Shown: positions 49,316 to 62,092, counted from the whole stretch's first letter. The stretch is DNA of 62,965 nucleotides, filler included, from Globobulimina sp. (GCA_003354225.1; 41 parts of 41 records of this genome joined end to end with filler, not necessarily neighbours in it), one strand, 5' to 3'. Notes: a model not told the origin generated them from the sequence alone. Program-made: numbers and translations.

Positions 49316-50668
49316 AACATGAGGGATAATAATAGAAATGAGAGAAATGAAGGGGTAGAAAAAAGGAAAAAAAGAAAGCGAGCAAACAAAAACCAGAAGA
49401 AAAAAGAGAAGAAATCGCGTTATCATCGACGTCCAAGGACCAACTCATCAGAATCTTCCACCCCATCCTCTCGAAAATCATCTCAGAAATTAAATATGTC
49501 CGCCTATGACGTCCTGGATACAGTCGGCTGTGGCAGTTTTGCAAAAGTGAGCCGTGTCCGCGTTAAATCTACGAAAGAAATATTAGTTTGGAAAGAACTG
49601 TCATACGGAATTATGAGCGACAAAGCAAAGCAAATGCTATGCGATGAGGTTAACATTTTACGTGATTTAAATCATCCCAACATTGTGAAATTTGTAGATC
49701 GTATCATTGATCATCAAAACCGAAAGATTTATATTGTGCAGGAATACTGCGATGGCGGTGACTTACAATCTTATATAAAACTAAAAACAGAGAAAAGTGG
49801 CAGAATCAGTGAAACTTTTATATGGTCAGTTACGTCGGAAATTGCATCAGCTTTACAACATTGTCACAATCACTTTAATCGGCATAATAGAGACAAAAAG
49901 GTAAGCAAACAACATCTGAAATGTATACATAATATATTCTATATACACAACTTAATTAACATTAATATAAACATAATATATATCACAAGGACGGGAAAAG
50001 ACGTATATTGCACAGGGACTTGAAGCCAGGAAATGTATTTTTGGTAAAAAGAAGAGGTAGTTACTCTGTGAAATTAGGTATGTGTGCACTATTTGTCTTG
50101 CTGTACATGGCAATGATATATATATACAAACGTATGGCTTTCAGGTGATTTTGGATTAGCTAAAATGTTGGATGAATCATCAATTTTTGCACAAACGCAT
50201 GTTGGTACGCCATATTATATGAGTCCTGAACAGATACAAAGCAAATCCTATAACGAAAAATCGGATATCTGGTCATTAGGATGTATTGTTTATGAAATGG
50301 CTATGCTTTCGCCTCCATTTAAGGCTGCAAATTATTTACAATTAGCAGAGAAGATAAAATTAGGAATCTATAAAAAAGTATCAACGCGAAATTATTCATC
50401 CGAGCTAGAAGGTGCAATCTCAATTATGTTGAAAGTAAACAGCAACAAAAGAGCCAAAGTGGAAGAATTATTATGTTTGCCGCGAATACAATTTACCTCA
50501 AAAATATTACGTTTAGATCGCAGATATTGTCAATTAAAAAAAAAAGAATACGAATTCAATTTAAAAATGAAATTATTGGAAGACAAATCATTGGTTTTAT
50601 TGCAAAAAGAAAATGAGTTAAAATTAAAAGAGCACGAATTGAAAGAAAAAGAAGATTTAATGCGTGAA
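49316..50668 (+). CDS. NIMA-related kinase (NEK2-like), three exons, 3'-truncated
   Basis: GCGSFAKV, LVWKELSYG, EVNILRDL.HPNIV; introns 49901-49989 and 50078-50144 give HRDLKPGN and KLGDFG; THVGTPYYMSPEQ; coiled coil. Confidence 0.95.
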
Positions 50669-50768
50669 NNNNNNNNNNNNNNNNNNNNNNNNNNNNNNNN
50701 NNNNNNNNNNNNTTAATTAATTAANNNNNNNNNNNNNNNNNNNNNNNNNNNNNNNNNNNNNNNNNNNN

Positions 50769-50989
50769 AGATATTGAAATAAATCCAATTCACCGACTTC
50801 CACAAACAAAAATGTGTAGATCAATAGTAATGCAATGATGGCTGGAATGAAGCACCGCAGAATGAAAGGACGCTGTTTTTTAGATGGACTGCGTGGGGCT
50901 GTCACTCGCCTAGTTTCGCGTATATGTTTCAGCATATCTGAGGATTTTGTTGATTCGGATTGCATGGTTGATACAGATATTTTACTCAC
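50769..50989 (-). CDS. Type II membrane protein N-terminus (Golgi enzyme-like topology)
   Basis: Short basic tail then one TM helix FIPAIIALLLIYTFLFV. Confidence 0.5.
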
Positions 50990-51035
50990 AGTTACACAAA
51001 AAAAACTTTAATTTTAATACAGAAACTCAAGGATC

Positions 51036-52048
51036 ATGTCAGCTTTCCTGTGCTTGCCGATGTTGTTATTGTTTTGGTCACATTGTACGATCTGTTATCA
51101 TTTGGTGTATTTGGATGGATATCCAGGAAATTTGAAATTGATTGAATTCACTGATTTGACAGCAGCCGTTCCGCCAATGTTGAACCTTTCAAATGCCATC
51201 GATATTACTCCTGTATCGCTGCTTAATAAATGTGGGAATCCTGATATATCGCCGGATGGCACCCAGATCATATTCGGAGCCATAACGGCCAGTGTCGATT
51301 CATGGGATATTTATTCTGCTCATTTGGATGTGGAACAAGGCACAATCTCCAACTTGCAAATGATTGTCGATACAGCAATGCGAGAGGAAGACCCTCGATA
51401 TTCCTACGATGGAAACACATTTGTGTACAAAGCAGGAGGTTCTTCAATTTATGATATATATGTTTACGATTTCAGACAGCAAAAATCGAGCAAAATGGTA
51501 GAATGTTCGTGTCACCATGCGGACACAGCATATCGTATACGGGCAGAATATGCGAAAATGAGGTTAATTATGATGAAATATGGATTTTTGATGGGAATAA
51601 AAATATTTCCTCACAAATAACATCCAATTCACTGCCGGATATGTTTTCTCATTGGAAACGAGATGGAAATCTATTATATTCGCATAACGATGCAAGTACA
51701 GACCATTTATATTTGTATGATAGTAACAGCCATCAAAGTGTATTGTTTGTGGATGAGACCAAATCCGATGATGATCCATATGCATTCAAACAAAATAATG
51801 GCATGTTTATATTCATTGGTTTGGCGGATAATGGAGAAGGATATGAATTGTGGTTGTACAGAAATGGCAGTGTGTTTCAATTGAGCTCTGTCTCTGACTC
51901 TGACTCAAGTATGCTGGGACCGGTTGCATTCAGTTCGGAGATAGCAGTTACTACACCAACGTATTGCGATGACTTTAGTAGATCTGTCCTTGCACATACA
52001 AACACATTATTTTTTTCATTTTTTATATTATTAGGCTTAGTAATGTGA
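51036..52048 (+). pseudogene. Secreted TolB/PD40 beta-propeller with C-terminal hydrophobic (GPI-like) tail, frameshifted near 51510
   Basis: PDISPDGTQIIF, DPRYSYDGNTFVY, SPCGHSISY, WKRDGNLLYS; two overlapping frames with no plausible intron. Confidence 0.7.
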
Positions 52049-53843
52049 CTTGGGAGAAGTACTGAAGATCACATCAACAAAAGGTGCATACTTTAGAATA
52101 GGACGTGTTTAGAATATTGCCTTTTGGAAATTTTTGATTTAAAGAGCTTATTCTAAACTCGTCATGTTTTAAATTCGTGATGTATAGAATATTACATTCA
52201 TACGCCNNNNNNNNNNNNNNNNNNNNNNNNNNNNNNNNNNNNNNNNNNNNTTAATTAATTAANNNNNNNNNNNNNNNNNNNNNNNNNNNNNNNNNNNNNN
52301 NNNNNNTGCCTAGCACTATTGACTGGTTGTTTTCCATGGTCTTTTCAAGGGTTTTCCAATATTCTTTGCTGTAACAGGTTCTGATCAAACCATGTTTGGC
52401 GAATTCAATGCTTATGAAATAGAAATACATGTATTCACTGCGAAAGTATTCATGGGCATTAGTTGCACATTGTTGTTTCATGGGGTGTCAATGTTTCACA
52501 GGAAATTTAATGTGTTTAGCTATGTTAACTTGTTCTCAGTTTCCAATCCTTACTGTTTGTACTTGCTAATGATGCAGTTAGGCAGCGTTTTCAGTAACTG
52601 CACTGGTTTCCCTAGCATTATCAGTTCCACATATCCAGGATATGCATTTCTGGATATGAGTCCATCCACACAAGGCATTTCAGTCCCTAGTTTTCCTCAA
52701 TGTAGTAATATGGGAAAGGAGGAAATTGTTGCAATTTTCACTACTAATTTATCCCATAGTCAAGCTTTATGTATTCGTTTTTACGTTATGCAGTTGAATA
52801 ACAACTCCTACAGTAGCCTCTTTCTGTCTGGCTTAGTAAATCACAACATACAGCAGTTTCAACAGTCAACAATATCAGCAACAGGAATTCGAAACTTTAG
52901 CAACCCGTTTAACGGCAATGCAGACACAGCAGCTAGCAGTAGCAACACTTTTTCATATACGCTACTTGATGATAATCAAGATCTTTTCGACACTTTTAGT
53001 CAAAATTTAAATTTATAGTGCAATTTAGAAAATGAATTAAAATTTTAAAAAAGCAAAACAAAAACAAAATTGTTTTCGCATACATTTGCTGTTTTATACG
53101 TTTCGTTTCTCTTTTAAACCTAATCAAATTTGCATTTCATGAGTTTTCACAGCGGTTTTCTTTTGGCGTTTTCTTGTTGGTTTATGCTTTTGTTTGTTGA
53201 TCTCTTTGACTGTCATGGAATATGTGTGTGACTGTGTATGCCGGTGACTTGTTGATCATGGTGGCACTTGCCGTATGCAGACTGTATGCTCAGTCAACTG
53301 TTAACTTTGTTAACAAGGGCATATTCTCAATATTTTCATTCTGACAGTGTCCTGACAAGTCTTGCCCATCCTGGTGGCGTACGCCATCTCAGGTTACACT
53401 TTCTATGTCAGTTATAATGGAGCGTATCCTTAGGCAAGCATAGCTCCATTGAGCCCTATATTTCATTTTCTTAATGCTTTGTGCATTGCTGACTGATTTC
53501 AATATATTGGATAGCAGATGTGTAGGTGTGTGCCATGTCACCATGTCATTGGCTTCTGCGGTTGTGCGCCTGTTCTTTGTTTGTCTGCGAGATTGCCAGG
53601 CAGTGCGTTGATCTGACGTGTTTGCCATGTTTTGACTGCTGGGAATTTTCGTGAGTGTACCTGTATTTTATGTACTAATATTGCTAATTTCGACGAAATG
53701 GATTTTCTGCTTATATATTCCATGCTATATAGTCGATTTCTAGNNNNNNNNNNNNNNNNNNNNNNNNNNNNNNNNNNNNNNNNNNNNTTAATTAATTAAN
53801 NNNNNNNNNNNNNNNNNNNNNNNNNNNNNNNNNNNNNNNNNNN

Positions 53844-55087
53844 TAATCGCATCATTTTATCTTGTTTTTTTGTATAGGAAGTGCAGCCTTTATATTTACT
53901 GCCAATGTGATGTTTTCTCGCTGAATTTATCCATGACATCAAAGTCCACCAAAATTGCAATGATAATTTATGATACGTTGGCAGTCTCTTACTGCCTAAA
54001 AACAAGAATGTGCCAGCTATCCAAGTCCAACTTGCAATTTCAAAAATTAATACACTTGCAATCAAACCACAAATCCAACAAAACGTTACAAGCAAAAATC
54101 CCAAAATAGCGACACATGTTTTTTGACAGACACCGTTTCCGTTATCATAGATAAGAACTGACACAGCTAATAAATGTAAAACGATCGAAACAAAAGCAAT
54201 CATTGGAAACTGGAAAATATATAATTTGTATAACCACACGGTTTGAATGGTGAGAAATGCATCGTTTAAGTATGCATCGTTTGGTTCATAAAATACCCAG
54301 CAAACAACGAAGAATATTCCAAAGAAATCAGTGACACCACATAGCCAATTAAACGCTAATTGTTTGAAATTGGATGAAGCTCCAAATGAAAATACAAGTG
54401 ATTTACTTGCAACACTCAATAATGATATTAATATGGATATAATTGCAATGATGTTTGTTTCCTCAAACATAACAATTGCAGTCATTTGTAGAATTGCTGT
54501 GTATTTGTGCATGATGTCATATATTGATATATAAAAACAAAAGGGACCTCACCTACCTTGAGGAAATGCTGTGTATTTTTAATTCGGTGATTTGTTAATA
54601 TATATATGTGAGATAAATATAAAATACCTTCAACCAGACTTTCCAATATGAAGCCTAAATGTTTATCTACTTTGGATTCAAAAAACTGTTTAAATTTAGA
54701 GGCATCTCTGGATGTTGAGGAGCCACCAAACGATAGACTGAAACACCAATAATCCTCAAAGAATCTCGCCAACAAAGAATTATCATAATCAACATAATAA
54801 AATATAAATGGTATACATGGTGATATTGGAATTAAGGTCAAAAACAGCATAAATTGGTGGCACATTAAATATTCATCGGAAAATTTGTTCATAAAAGCCA
54901 TAACATAACCAAATAATGCAAGAATGAGAATACATAATGAAATGGTGAAAAATATCATTCGATCATTTGTATAAAATTCAACACATACAATAATATCTGT
55001 TGTTACATCTAATATTGAGATACTTTGTGCAAATATATCATATAATTTGCCTAAACATGAAATAACTCCTCCTTCCAGATTTGGCAT
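53844..55087 (-). CDS. XK-related-like multipass membrane protein with a 12-nt micro-exon, 3'-truncated
   Basis: DVTTDI; introns 54569-54627 and 54497-54556 give ESLVEAFPQAILQ, matching the XK motif E...E..PQ..LQ. Confidence 0.7.
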
Positions 55088-55380
55088 GCTTAAAATGTGT
55101 TTTTCATTAAAAACTTTGAACTACGTATACTAGTTTGCTTTGGAGCAAATGCAAATTTTCAGTGTTGTTTCTTTGGCAAATCTGTTTCTATGTTCCAATT
55201 CAACTGATCATCAAATAAATCAAATTTACTTACAACGAGGTATGTTGCAATTCAATAATCGATAATCCTAATTAATCAATNNNNNNNNNNNNNNNNNNNN
55301 NNNNNNNNNNNNNNNNNNNNNNNNTTAATTAATTAANNNNNNNNNNNNNNNNNNNNNNNNNNNNNNNNNNNNNNNNNNNN

Positions 55381-55908
55381 ATAAACAAAACATGAAATAA
55401 TATGTAATAATAATATAACAGAATGTGACCAGGTTTGTAGTCCGTAGAAAACGAATGATTTTATTTTTGTGTTTGTTTTCGCAGAATCATAAATAAATTG
55501 ATTTCGATTAAAAATAAAACAAAACGACGAAAGTGATGACGATATCGTTGTATTATTCCCATTCGATTTATTCCCATTTGATAGAGGCACAGTGTCGAAT
55601 TCCTCGATACCATCACTTTCTGCACTTTTATGTTCGAATGGTTCCATTTCAACCGCCTCATCAATCGAGTCATCATCATTTGCATTATCATCAAAATTAT
55701 CATTATAATTCAAATTCATATCATGATCAAAATATGCATTCTTTTTTACAATAATATTTGTCGGTTTTGGCATGAAAAATGCTGCCCAAAAACAACGATA
55801 TTGTGGATGTTGATATAAATACACTAACGTGCTAATGCCAAAATAAATTAATTCAATTGCCAACATTAAATACATTGTTATTTCAATTGGATAAAAATTT
55901 GTTGCCAT
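55381..55908 (-). CDS. Membrane protein N-terminus, 3'-truncated
   Basis: N-terminal TM helix, acidic loop, second TM at the contig edge. Confidence 0.5.
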
Positions 55909-56209
55909 AAAGTAATCTGAATAATTATAAATATGTTAATTATTATAATATGTTAATTTTTTATATCGTATAACAACTAAACAACATACTGGTGATATAA
56001 CTAGGTACGGTAGTGTCTAGTGTCTAGTGTCTAGATTTACCACCTTACTTTAATACTAAAACTTAACGATGAGTTTTGACAGATTGTGGATATCTGTGCT
56101 GGTTTGTTTGACGGGAACGAATTCCTGTTATTTTAAAGCGAACTAAGACTTGAACTAACAAAAACTTTATTTAAACACTTCAAAATGGTACAAACGAAAG
56201 TCAGCTTAA

Positions 56210-56332
56210 GGGAATGTTGTTAAATTACGTAATTAAAATTTGACCCTAGGTCCTAGGTCCCATCGCAATTGCAACAATGTAGGACCTAGGACCTAGGGTC
56301 CAATTTTAATTACGTAATTTAACAACATTCCC
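56210..56332. mobile_element. 123-bp Harbinger/Tourist-like MITE
   Basis: 51-bp TIRs (50/51 match) around a 21-bp spacer; TAA TSD on both sides (TAA|GGGAATG...CATTCCC|TAA). Confidence 0.9.
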
Positions 56333-56917
56333 TAAGGGGAAAGTCATAAAGTTATTAAGGATTCTCCACAAGATACCTCCCCTCTCAGGCTGGTCGATGC
56401 CCAATGCAAACCCAATGCAAACCCAAAACAGTATTTATACATCTTTGATTGTCATAATAATATAAATAACATTGTTTGCAGGTATGTTTGCAGTAGAGAT
56501 CCATATTTGCAGTTTATGGACGGTGCCACATTGTCATTCAAGAAAATTTGACGCACTGCTTAATCATTTTAGCAGATGCCATGGGTTCTGTGAAAACCTC
56601 TCACAGCGGGTGTTACAAAAAAAAAAGTTAAAGTGAGAAACTTTCACCACAAGAACGCGTGGAGTGTTCAACGCATATTATTTTATTATTTTAGGAGTTG
56701 CAAGCTTAGGTTGCTTGTAAATAAGCCGACACAGAAAAAAATATTGCACAACAGACACAGAAAGAAACACAAAAAATATAAATCATGTTAAAAAATATAT
56801 TTGTTATTAATCTTTAANNNNNNNNNNNNNNNNNNNNNNNNNNNNNNNNNNNNNNNNNNNNTTAATTAATTAANNNNNNNNNNNNNNNNNNNNNNNNNNN
56901 NNNNNNNNNNNNNNNNN

Positions 56918-58354
56918 TCTTAACCATATCATCATCATCAGCATAATATTTATTTGTGTTATTTATGGCATCAACAATGTCATGATTATCATCGACAATA
57001 TGCCCACCAGCTGTTACTGTGTTGCTTGCTTCATCATCAATGTCCACATTGCCTTCTTCCGTAAAACCACAATCCATTATCATATCCGGTAATATCTCTC
57101 CTGCTCTACCTCTCATATCATATCCTGGCCCAATCAACTGCACGTACTGATAATCAATGATATTATTTTCGTTTTTCATTTCCTGAAAACGTTTTTTATT
57201 TACATAAAAAGCCATAATAAGCACAATACAGCACACTAAAACAGAAGATACCACAATGAACGCATATTTATAGTAATTTTGCTTGACCTCAGTTTGTTGA
57301 ATGTCCTTTTCTGTGCTAAAAAATATGGTGTTGGTAGATAATACATTCGTTGTAGCTATAGGTCTCGCCGTTGGCTTTGGTGTTACATTTATTACAGGAG
57401 TTGGTTGTGATGGATTACTTGGATTCAATGAGGGAGAATTGCTTGGATTTGATGACGGGAAATAACTTGGATTTGATGATGGGAAATTACTGGGATTTGA
57501 CGATGGGAAATTACTGGGATTTGATGCTGGGAAATTACTTGGATTTGCTGATGGATAATTGCTTGGGTTTAGTGATGGATAATTAGATGGGTTTAATGAT
57601 GGATAATTAGATGGGTTTAATGATGGATAATTAGTTGGATAATATGTTGGTATTATAGCATATTGATAAGCTTCATTAGTTGAACCAGTTGGAAATCCTC
57701 CAAATACATAAAGTACATCATTAAGTAAAATGGAAGCCACTCTGTTTTTTTTATATAACATATTGGAACCCTGCGTAATGTCACCAGTTTCAGTATCAAT
57801 TGTATCAACTCGCTGGATTTGAGTGGCTCCGTCATATCCACCTAATAAATAAATTTTTGATTTATATGCAATTGATCGGAGAGCTTGTCTTCTGGTCAAT
57901 GTATTGCTCATTTCAGACCATGTCCCATCACAACAATTATTCGAAGCTAGTTCTAACTTAAGCTGGTACACTTTGTTAATATTCGGCCAGCCACCAATGA
58001 CATAGATTGCAGATTCAATGGTATTGCATGAATGCCACTCATTGTTTGTGGGTAAAAATGGACCAACTGACCATGTATCAGCTTCTGTGTCCAATATATA
58101 AGTCGCCTTTGAATACTGTGATGTTGGCGTGGTCGTAAATCCTCCAATCACAAATATGTCGGTATCAAAATGAGCCATACACCGACCCTGAAGCGCATAT
58201 CCAGGAAAACTGCTAAATGTATTCTCAACAGTCAGCGTGTTCAAATTATATGCAGTAACAATAGAACTCAAATGAGGTAACATGTATAATATATTATCGA
58301 TTTGCAGAGAGTTTTGAGATCGCTGGTGGCCAAATGATACCATATTAGTATGAT
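56918..58354 (-). CDS. Kelch-repeat type I membrane protein with PSxNPSN(Y/F) stalk, partial
   Basis: IFVIGG, IYVIGG, IYLLGG, LYVFGG Kelch blades; 24-bp tandem repeats at ~57415-57645; TM helix; acidic tail. Confidence 0.88.
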
Positions 58355-58454
58355 NNNNNNNNNNNNNNNNNNNNNNNNNNNNNNNNNNNNNNNNNNNNTT
58401 AATTAATTAANNNNNNNNNNNNNNNNNNNNNNNNNNNNNNNNNNNNNNNNNNNN

Positions 58455-58716
58455 AATTGTCCAGTATCTCAATGTTTAAACCATTCGCGTCAATTTTAAT
58501 ATATTTGCTCGTATATGTTTGGTTCCACATATCATAACATTTATGATACGAACATATCACTCCCATCACATCAATTGGTATTGTTATTGACACATACTTT
58601 TTTTCAAATTCTCTCAGGTATCCAAACACCAAATATTTCTGTCTTATAGCACAATCAATAGAGATTATACGCTTTGAATTGGGAAGTAAATGAACAAACA
58701 AAGAGGGTGATGCCAT
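58455..58716 (-). CDS. Protein with VFGYLR...IP motif, 3'-truncated
   Basis: KYLVFGYLREFEKKYVSITIPIDVMGVICSYH followed by DMWN. Confidence 0.55.
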
Positions 58717-58772
58717 GATGATATTTCATAAAAACATTAAAACAAAACTGCACTCTCTGAGTCTCTGACATC

Positions 58773-59867
58773 ATGGCGTTGTTAAAATGTTTAGTGATAC
58801 TGATAGCTTTGTCAATGTTCAAAACCGCGTACTCGCAATCTCAGCTTTGTGACGAAGCAAACTGTGATTTTGGAACTTGTAACAATTGCAAAGATGATGA
58901 ATATATTTGTACCGACAAAGCAGAAACATGTTTATTAAAATGTAATATCAATTGCCGAAATATAACCATCATATCATCTGCCAAATATACACAAATCATT
59001 TGTAACGCTCATTATTCGTGTACCAACACACAAATTCACATACAACAAGCAAATACTACATTAGATTTACAATGTAAAAAATCATCATCATGCTCAAACA
59101 TAATTATCCATTCTCATCGACAAACTACATTCCAATGCGACGACTATGGCTCTTCTCAATGCACTAACAATATCCATATGCAATTTCCATCAATATCACC
59201 AACATTAAATCCAACAGTAATTCCAACGTCAAATGCGACATTAAATTCAACATTGTATCCGGTATTATATCCAGCATTAAATCTGACATTAAATCCAACC
59301 CAAATTTCGTTATTACTGATTGCAACACCTGCTCCAATATCGAAGCCCACATCGCCAGATACCACAGATGCCACCAAAACTGTACTTGTCTATACGGCAC
59401 AAACACAATCCAAATCAGATATAATTAACTCATTCGCAACCGTTCTTATATCAGTTACAATAATGTGGCTACTCATTTGCATCGCAGCTGTAATCTGTGT
59501 CAAAGTATATAAGAGACGAATGATAGCGGTACTACCCATTGCAAATAATATCAATAAAGCAGCCAGAACATCTGAAGGAGTAATGAGCGGAATGAGACAG
59601 TATGACAAAAGAATGGAAAGTGATGATACTGATAATGGATTATATGAAGGTATACGTAGAAATGCAACACAACAATATGAGTTCGAAACAATTGATGAAA
59701 ATATAGACACAGGGCACGTGACAATGGAATTGCAATTGGACGACTTGGATTTACCAAAACCACCGTTATCTGCCTCGCATAGCAGTACATTGTCGGAGAG
59801 TGATGATTTGCATTTATTGTATGGACCAGGAACTGCGGCGAATAATAAAACACTAAATTATTTTTAA
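58773..59867 (+). CDS. Cys-rich type I membrane protein
   Basis: Signal peptide, repeated C...SC....I units, PTLNP stalk, TM helix, acidic tail; complete ORF. Confidence 0.8.
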   Translation: MALLKCLVILIALSMFKTAYSQSQLCDEANCDFGTCNNCKDDEYICTDKAETCLLKCNINCRNITIISSAKYTQIICNAHYSCTNTQIHIQQANTTLDLQCKKSSSCSNIIIHSHRQTTFQCDDYGSSQCTNNIHMQFPSISPTLNPTVIPTSNATLNSTLYPVLYPALNLTLNPTQISLLLIATPAPISKPTSPDTTDATKTVLVYTAQTQSKSDIINSFATVLISVTIMWLLICIAAVICVKVYKRRMIAVLPIANNINKAARTSEGVMSGMRQYDKRMESDDTDNGLYEGIRRNATQQYEFETIDENIDTGHVTMELQLDDLDLPKPPLSASHSSTLSESDDLHLLYGPGTAANNKTLNYF

Positions 59868-59991
59868 TTAATTGTTTATTTTTAATCTTTCNNNNNNNNN
59901 NNNNNNNNNNNNNNNNNNNNNNNNNNNNNNNNNNNTTAATTAATTAANNNNNNNNNNNNNNNNNNNNNNNNNNNNNNNNNNNNNNNNNNNN

Positions 59992-60236
59992 TAAAATTGC
60001 AGCCAATAATTTATCCAATCAAATTTCACAAGACATTAAACATAAAAATAAACAATTTAATGAGATGGAAATTAATTATATTCAAGAAAGAATCGAACAA
60101 TTTATTTTAATACAAAAAAGTGGACAATTCGAGATAAACATTGATGAAAAAGATTTAAAACTTAATATTGATATGAAACTAATCGATAAGGATGATATTC
60201 AAATTTGTGCGGAGTTATTTATGAAAAATAGTAATT
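59992..60236 (+). CDS. C-terminal fragment of a hypothetical protein
   Basis: Open frame from the contig edge ending ...ELFMKNSN*. Confidence 0.3.
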
Positions 60237-60373
60237 AATGACTGACATTCTTAATTTGTTTGAATGTATATATAAGCATTTTAAACATATAGTTTACGTG
60301 CAAGGATAATTATTATATGGGAAGGGAAAAGTTTTAGAGTTTTTTCTGTGAGCTAGCTTAAAAGTAACTAAAT

Positions 60374-61240
60374 TCAGCTAAACATGTTTTTGTTTACAAT
60401 TTGATTTATAATATCAACATTTACAAAATCGTGAGTAATAATCAGAGGTCTTTCTGGGAATTTCTCGTATCGCAAAAATTTCATTAATTGACGATTACAT
60501 GCAATGCCCATATCCTTCACACTATCAAATTCTTCTTTTGCCCAAAACCAACTGATAAATTTCCCAATACCTGTAAATTTACGAAAAAAAGCTAAAACAA
60601 TTTGGTTTATTGTTGCTGTGAGTTCTCCTGCCATTACTATAAAATCATACTTATTATAATTCCGATTTTCTACATAATCATCCAAAAACATTTGATAATT
60701 ATCATACCATTCCGATGGATAAGAACTTACATATTTATCCCAACTTGTTTTATATCTCAATTGTTTCACATTTAATCTGTTAATATCAAGAGCATCGCTT
60801 GGAAATAATATAATTACTCTCCCTCTCCTTCCATTGTTTGTCAATTTAGATATCTTCAAACATCCATCTGACGCTGTATTTTGTACTATAAATTTGCCCA
60901 AGTACTCTTGTACCAATTCAGTAACAATTTGTGTATTACAGATGCCTCCATCACGATTATGACTCATTCTGATTGAAACAATCTCTGTGGGATACAATTC
61001 CAGAAATCTTTGAATATCTTTTAAACATTCACTCAGTAAACCACCTTTACTCCAATGAGCAATATATGCATTGTCATCAATTGTAATCACTCTAAAATCT
61101 AAATATCTAATTCCGATATTCAACTGTTGGAAAATATTCAATGTTTGACAGATAGCCCATGCGTTTACTATTGAATCTGATATAGAATATGTTCCCGAAT
61201 TATGTGAGCCAGGAATCCACAAATCAGTTATCTTTGATCT
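60374..61240 (-). CDS. PI-PLC X-domain-containing protein (PLCXD-like)
   Basis: ITDLWIPGSHNSGTY, WAICQ..NI.QQL..GIRYLDFRV, AH, FL..YPTEIV, HDFV. Confidence 0.9.
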   Translation of the reverse strand, partial: RSKITDLWIPGSHNSGTYSISDSIVNAWAICQTLNIFQQLNIGIRYLDFRVITIDDNAYIAHWSKGGLLSECLKDIQRFLELYPTEIVSIRMSHNRDGGICNTQIVTELVQEYLGKFIVQNTASDGCLKISKLTNNGRRGRVIILFPSDALDINRLNVKQLRYKTSWDKYVSSYPSEWYDNYQMFLDDYVENRNYNKYDFIVMAGELTATINQIVLAFFRKFTGIGKFISWFWAKEEFDSVKDMGIACNRQLMKFLRYEKFPERPLIITHDFVNVDIINQIVNKNMFS

Positions 61241-61528
61241 AAATATATAACGAAGAGAAATTCTTCATCATCCGTGTTTTTTTCGTCATTCTACTTTGTA
61301 ATCTGGCATAGATGGAGCCATTATGAGGCTATGGCAAGCAAATATAAGTGTCATGGACAAATAATTACGAAGCAGATTTTTGAATTTTTGCTTCCTTCAT
61401 GCTTTTTTTTTTCCCTTTAACACTCCCTNNNNNNNNNNNNNNNNNNNNNNNNNNNNNNNNNNNNNNNNNNNNTTAATTAATTAANNNNNNNNNNNNNNNN
61501 NNNNNNNNNNNNNNNNNNNNNNNNNNNN

Positions 61529-61995
61529 GTGGTTACCGTCTCGGAACGTAATGCTTGAGGATTAACCGGTGGTGATTGTAGTGGCTGTTGATGTTGAGAC
61601 TCCGGCGGGTTTGGAGCTCGTTGTATTTGTGGTCGTCGGATCGGCGGACGGGGAATTTGAATTGATGGCCGTCGTCTTTCTGATTCGGGACAGGGGATTG
61701 GAATTGAAGGCACCCCTCTTGACCATCGTGATTGATCGATAACATGTCTTGCATCCCTGGGACCGATGGACGGACATGTCGCAAGATGATGATGACGTCG
61801 ATTACAACGTGGACACTTTTCATAACGTTGTTGTTTGAATGACTGACGTTTGATCGGAAAATTTTGATCCTTCCTTCCCTTTCCTTCATCTCCGCTTGAG
61901 TCCGAATTGGCGAATCCTTGATCCCTTACTTTGGGTACTGTGTCCATGACTGAAAGTGAAGAGAAATGTTTTATAACCGTGCTTTGAGATAGCAT
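61529..61995 (-). CDS. Gag-like ORF with CCHC zinc knuckle, 3'-truncated
   Basis: CPRCNRRHHHLATCP in an R/P/Q-rich context downstream of direct repeats. Confidence 0.55.
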
Positions 61996-62092
61996 AACAC
62001 AGTTAACATGTATTTTAAGGACTGGAACCCTATATTCTTGTAATACACTAGAAAACGCGTCTTGCTTCGCAAGACCAAAGAACTTAATAGAA

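Noticed and set aside
52307-53743. 208-aa ORF 52392-53018 and neighbouring short ORFs
   Set aside because: No recognisable domain or coding-like composition; probably noncoding or decayed DNA from another organism
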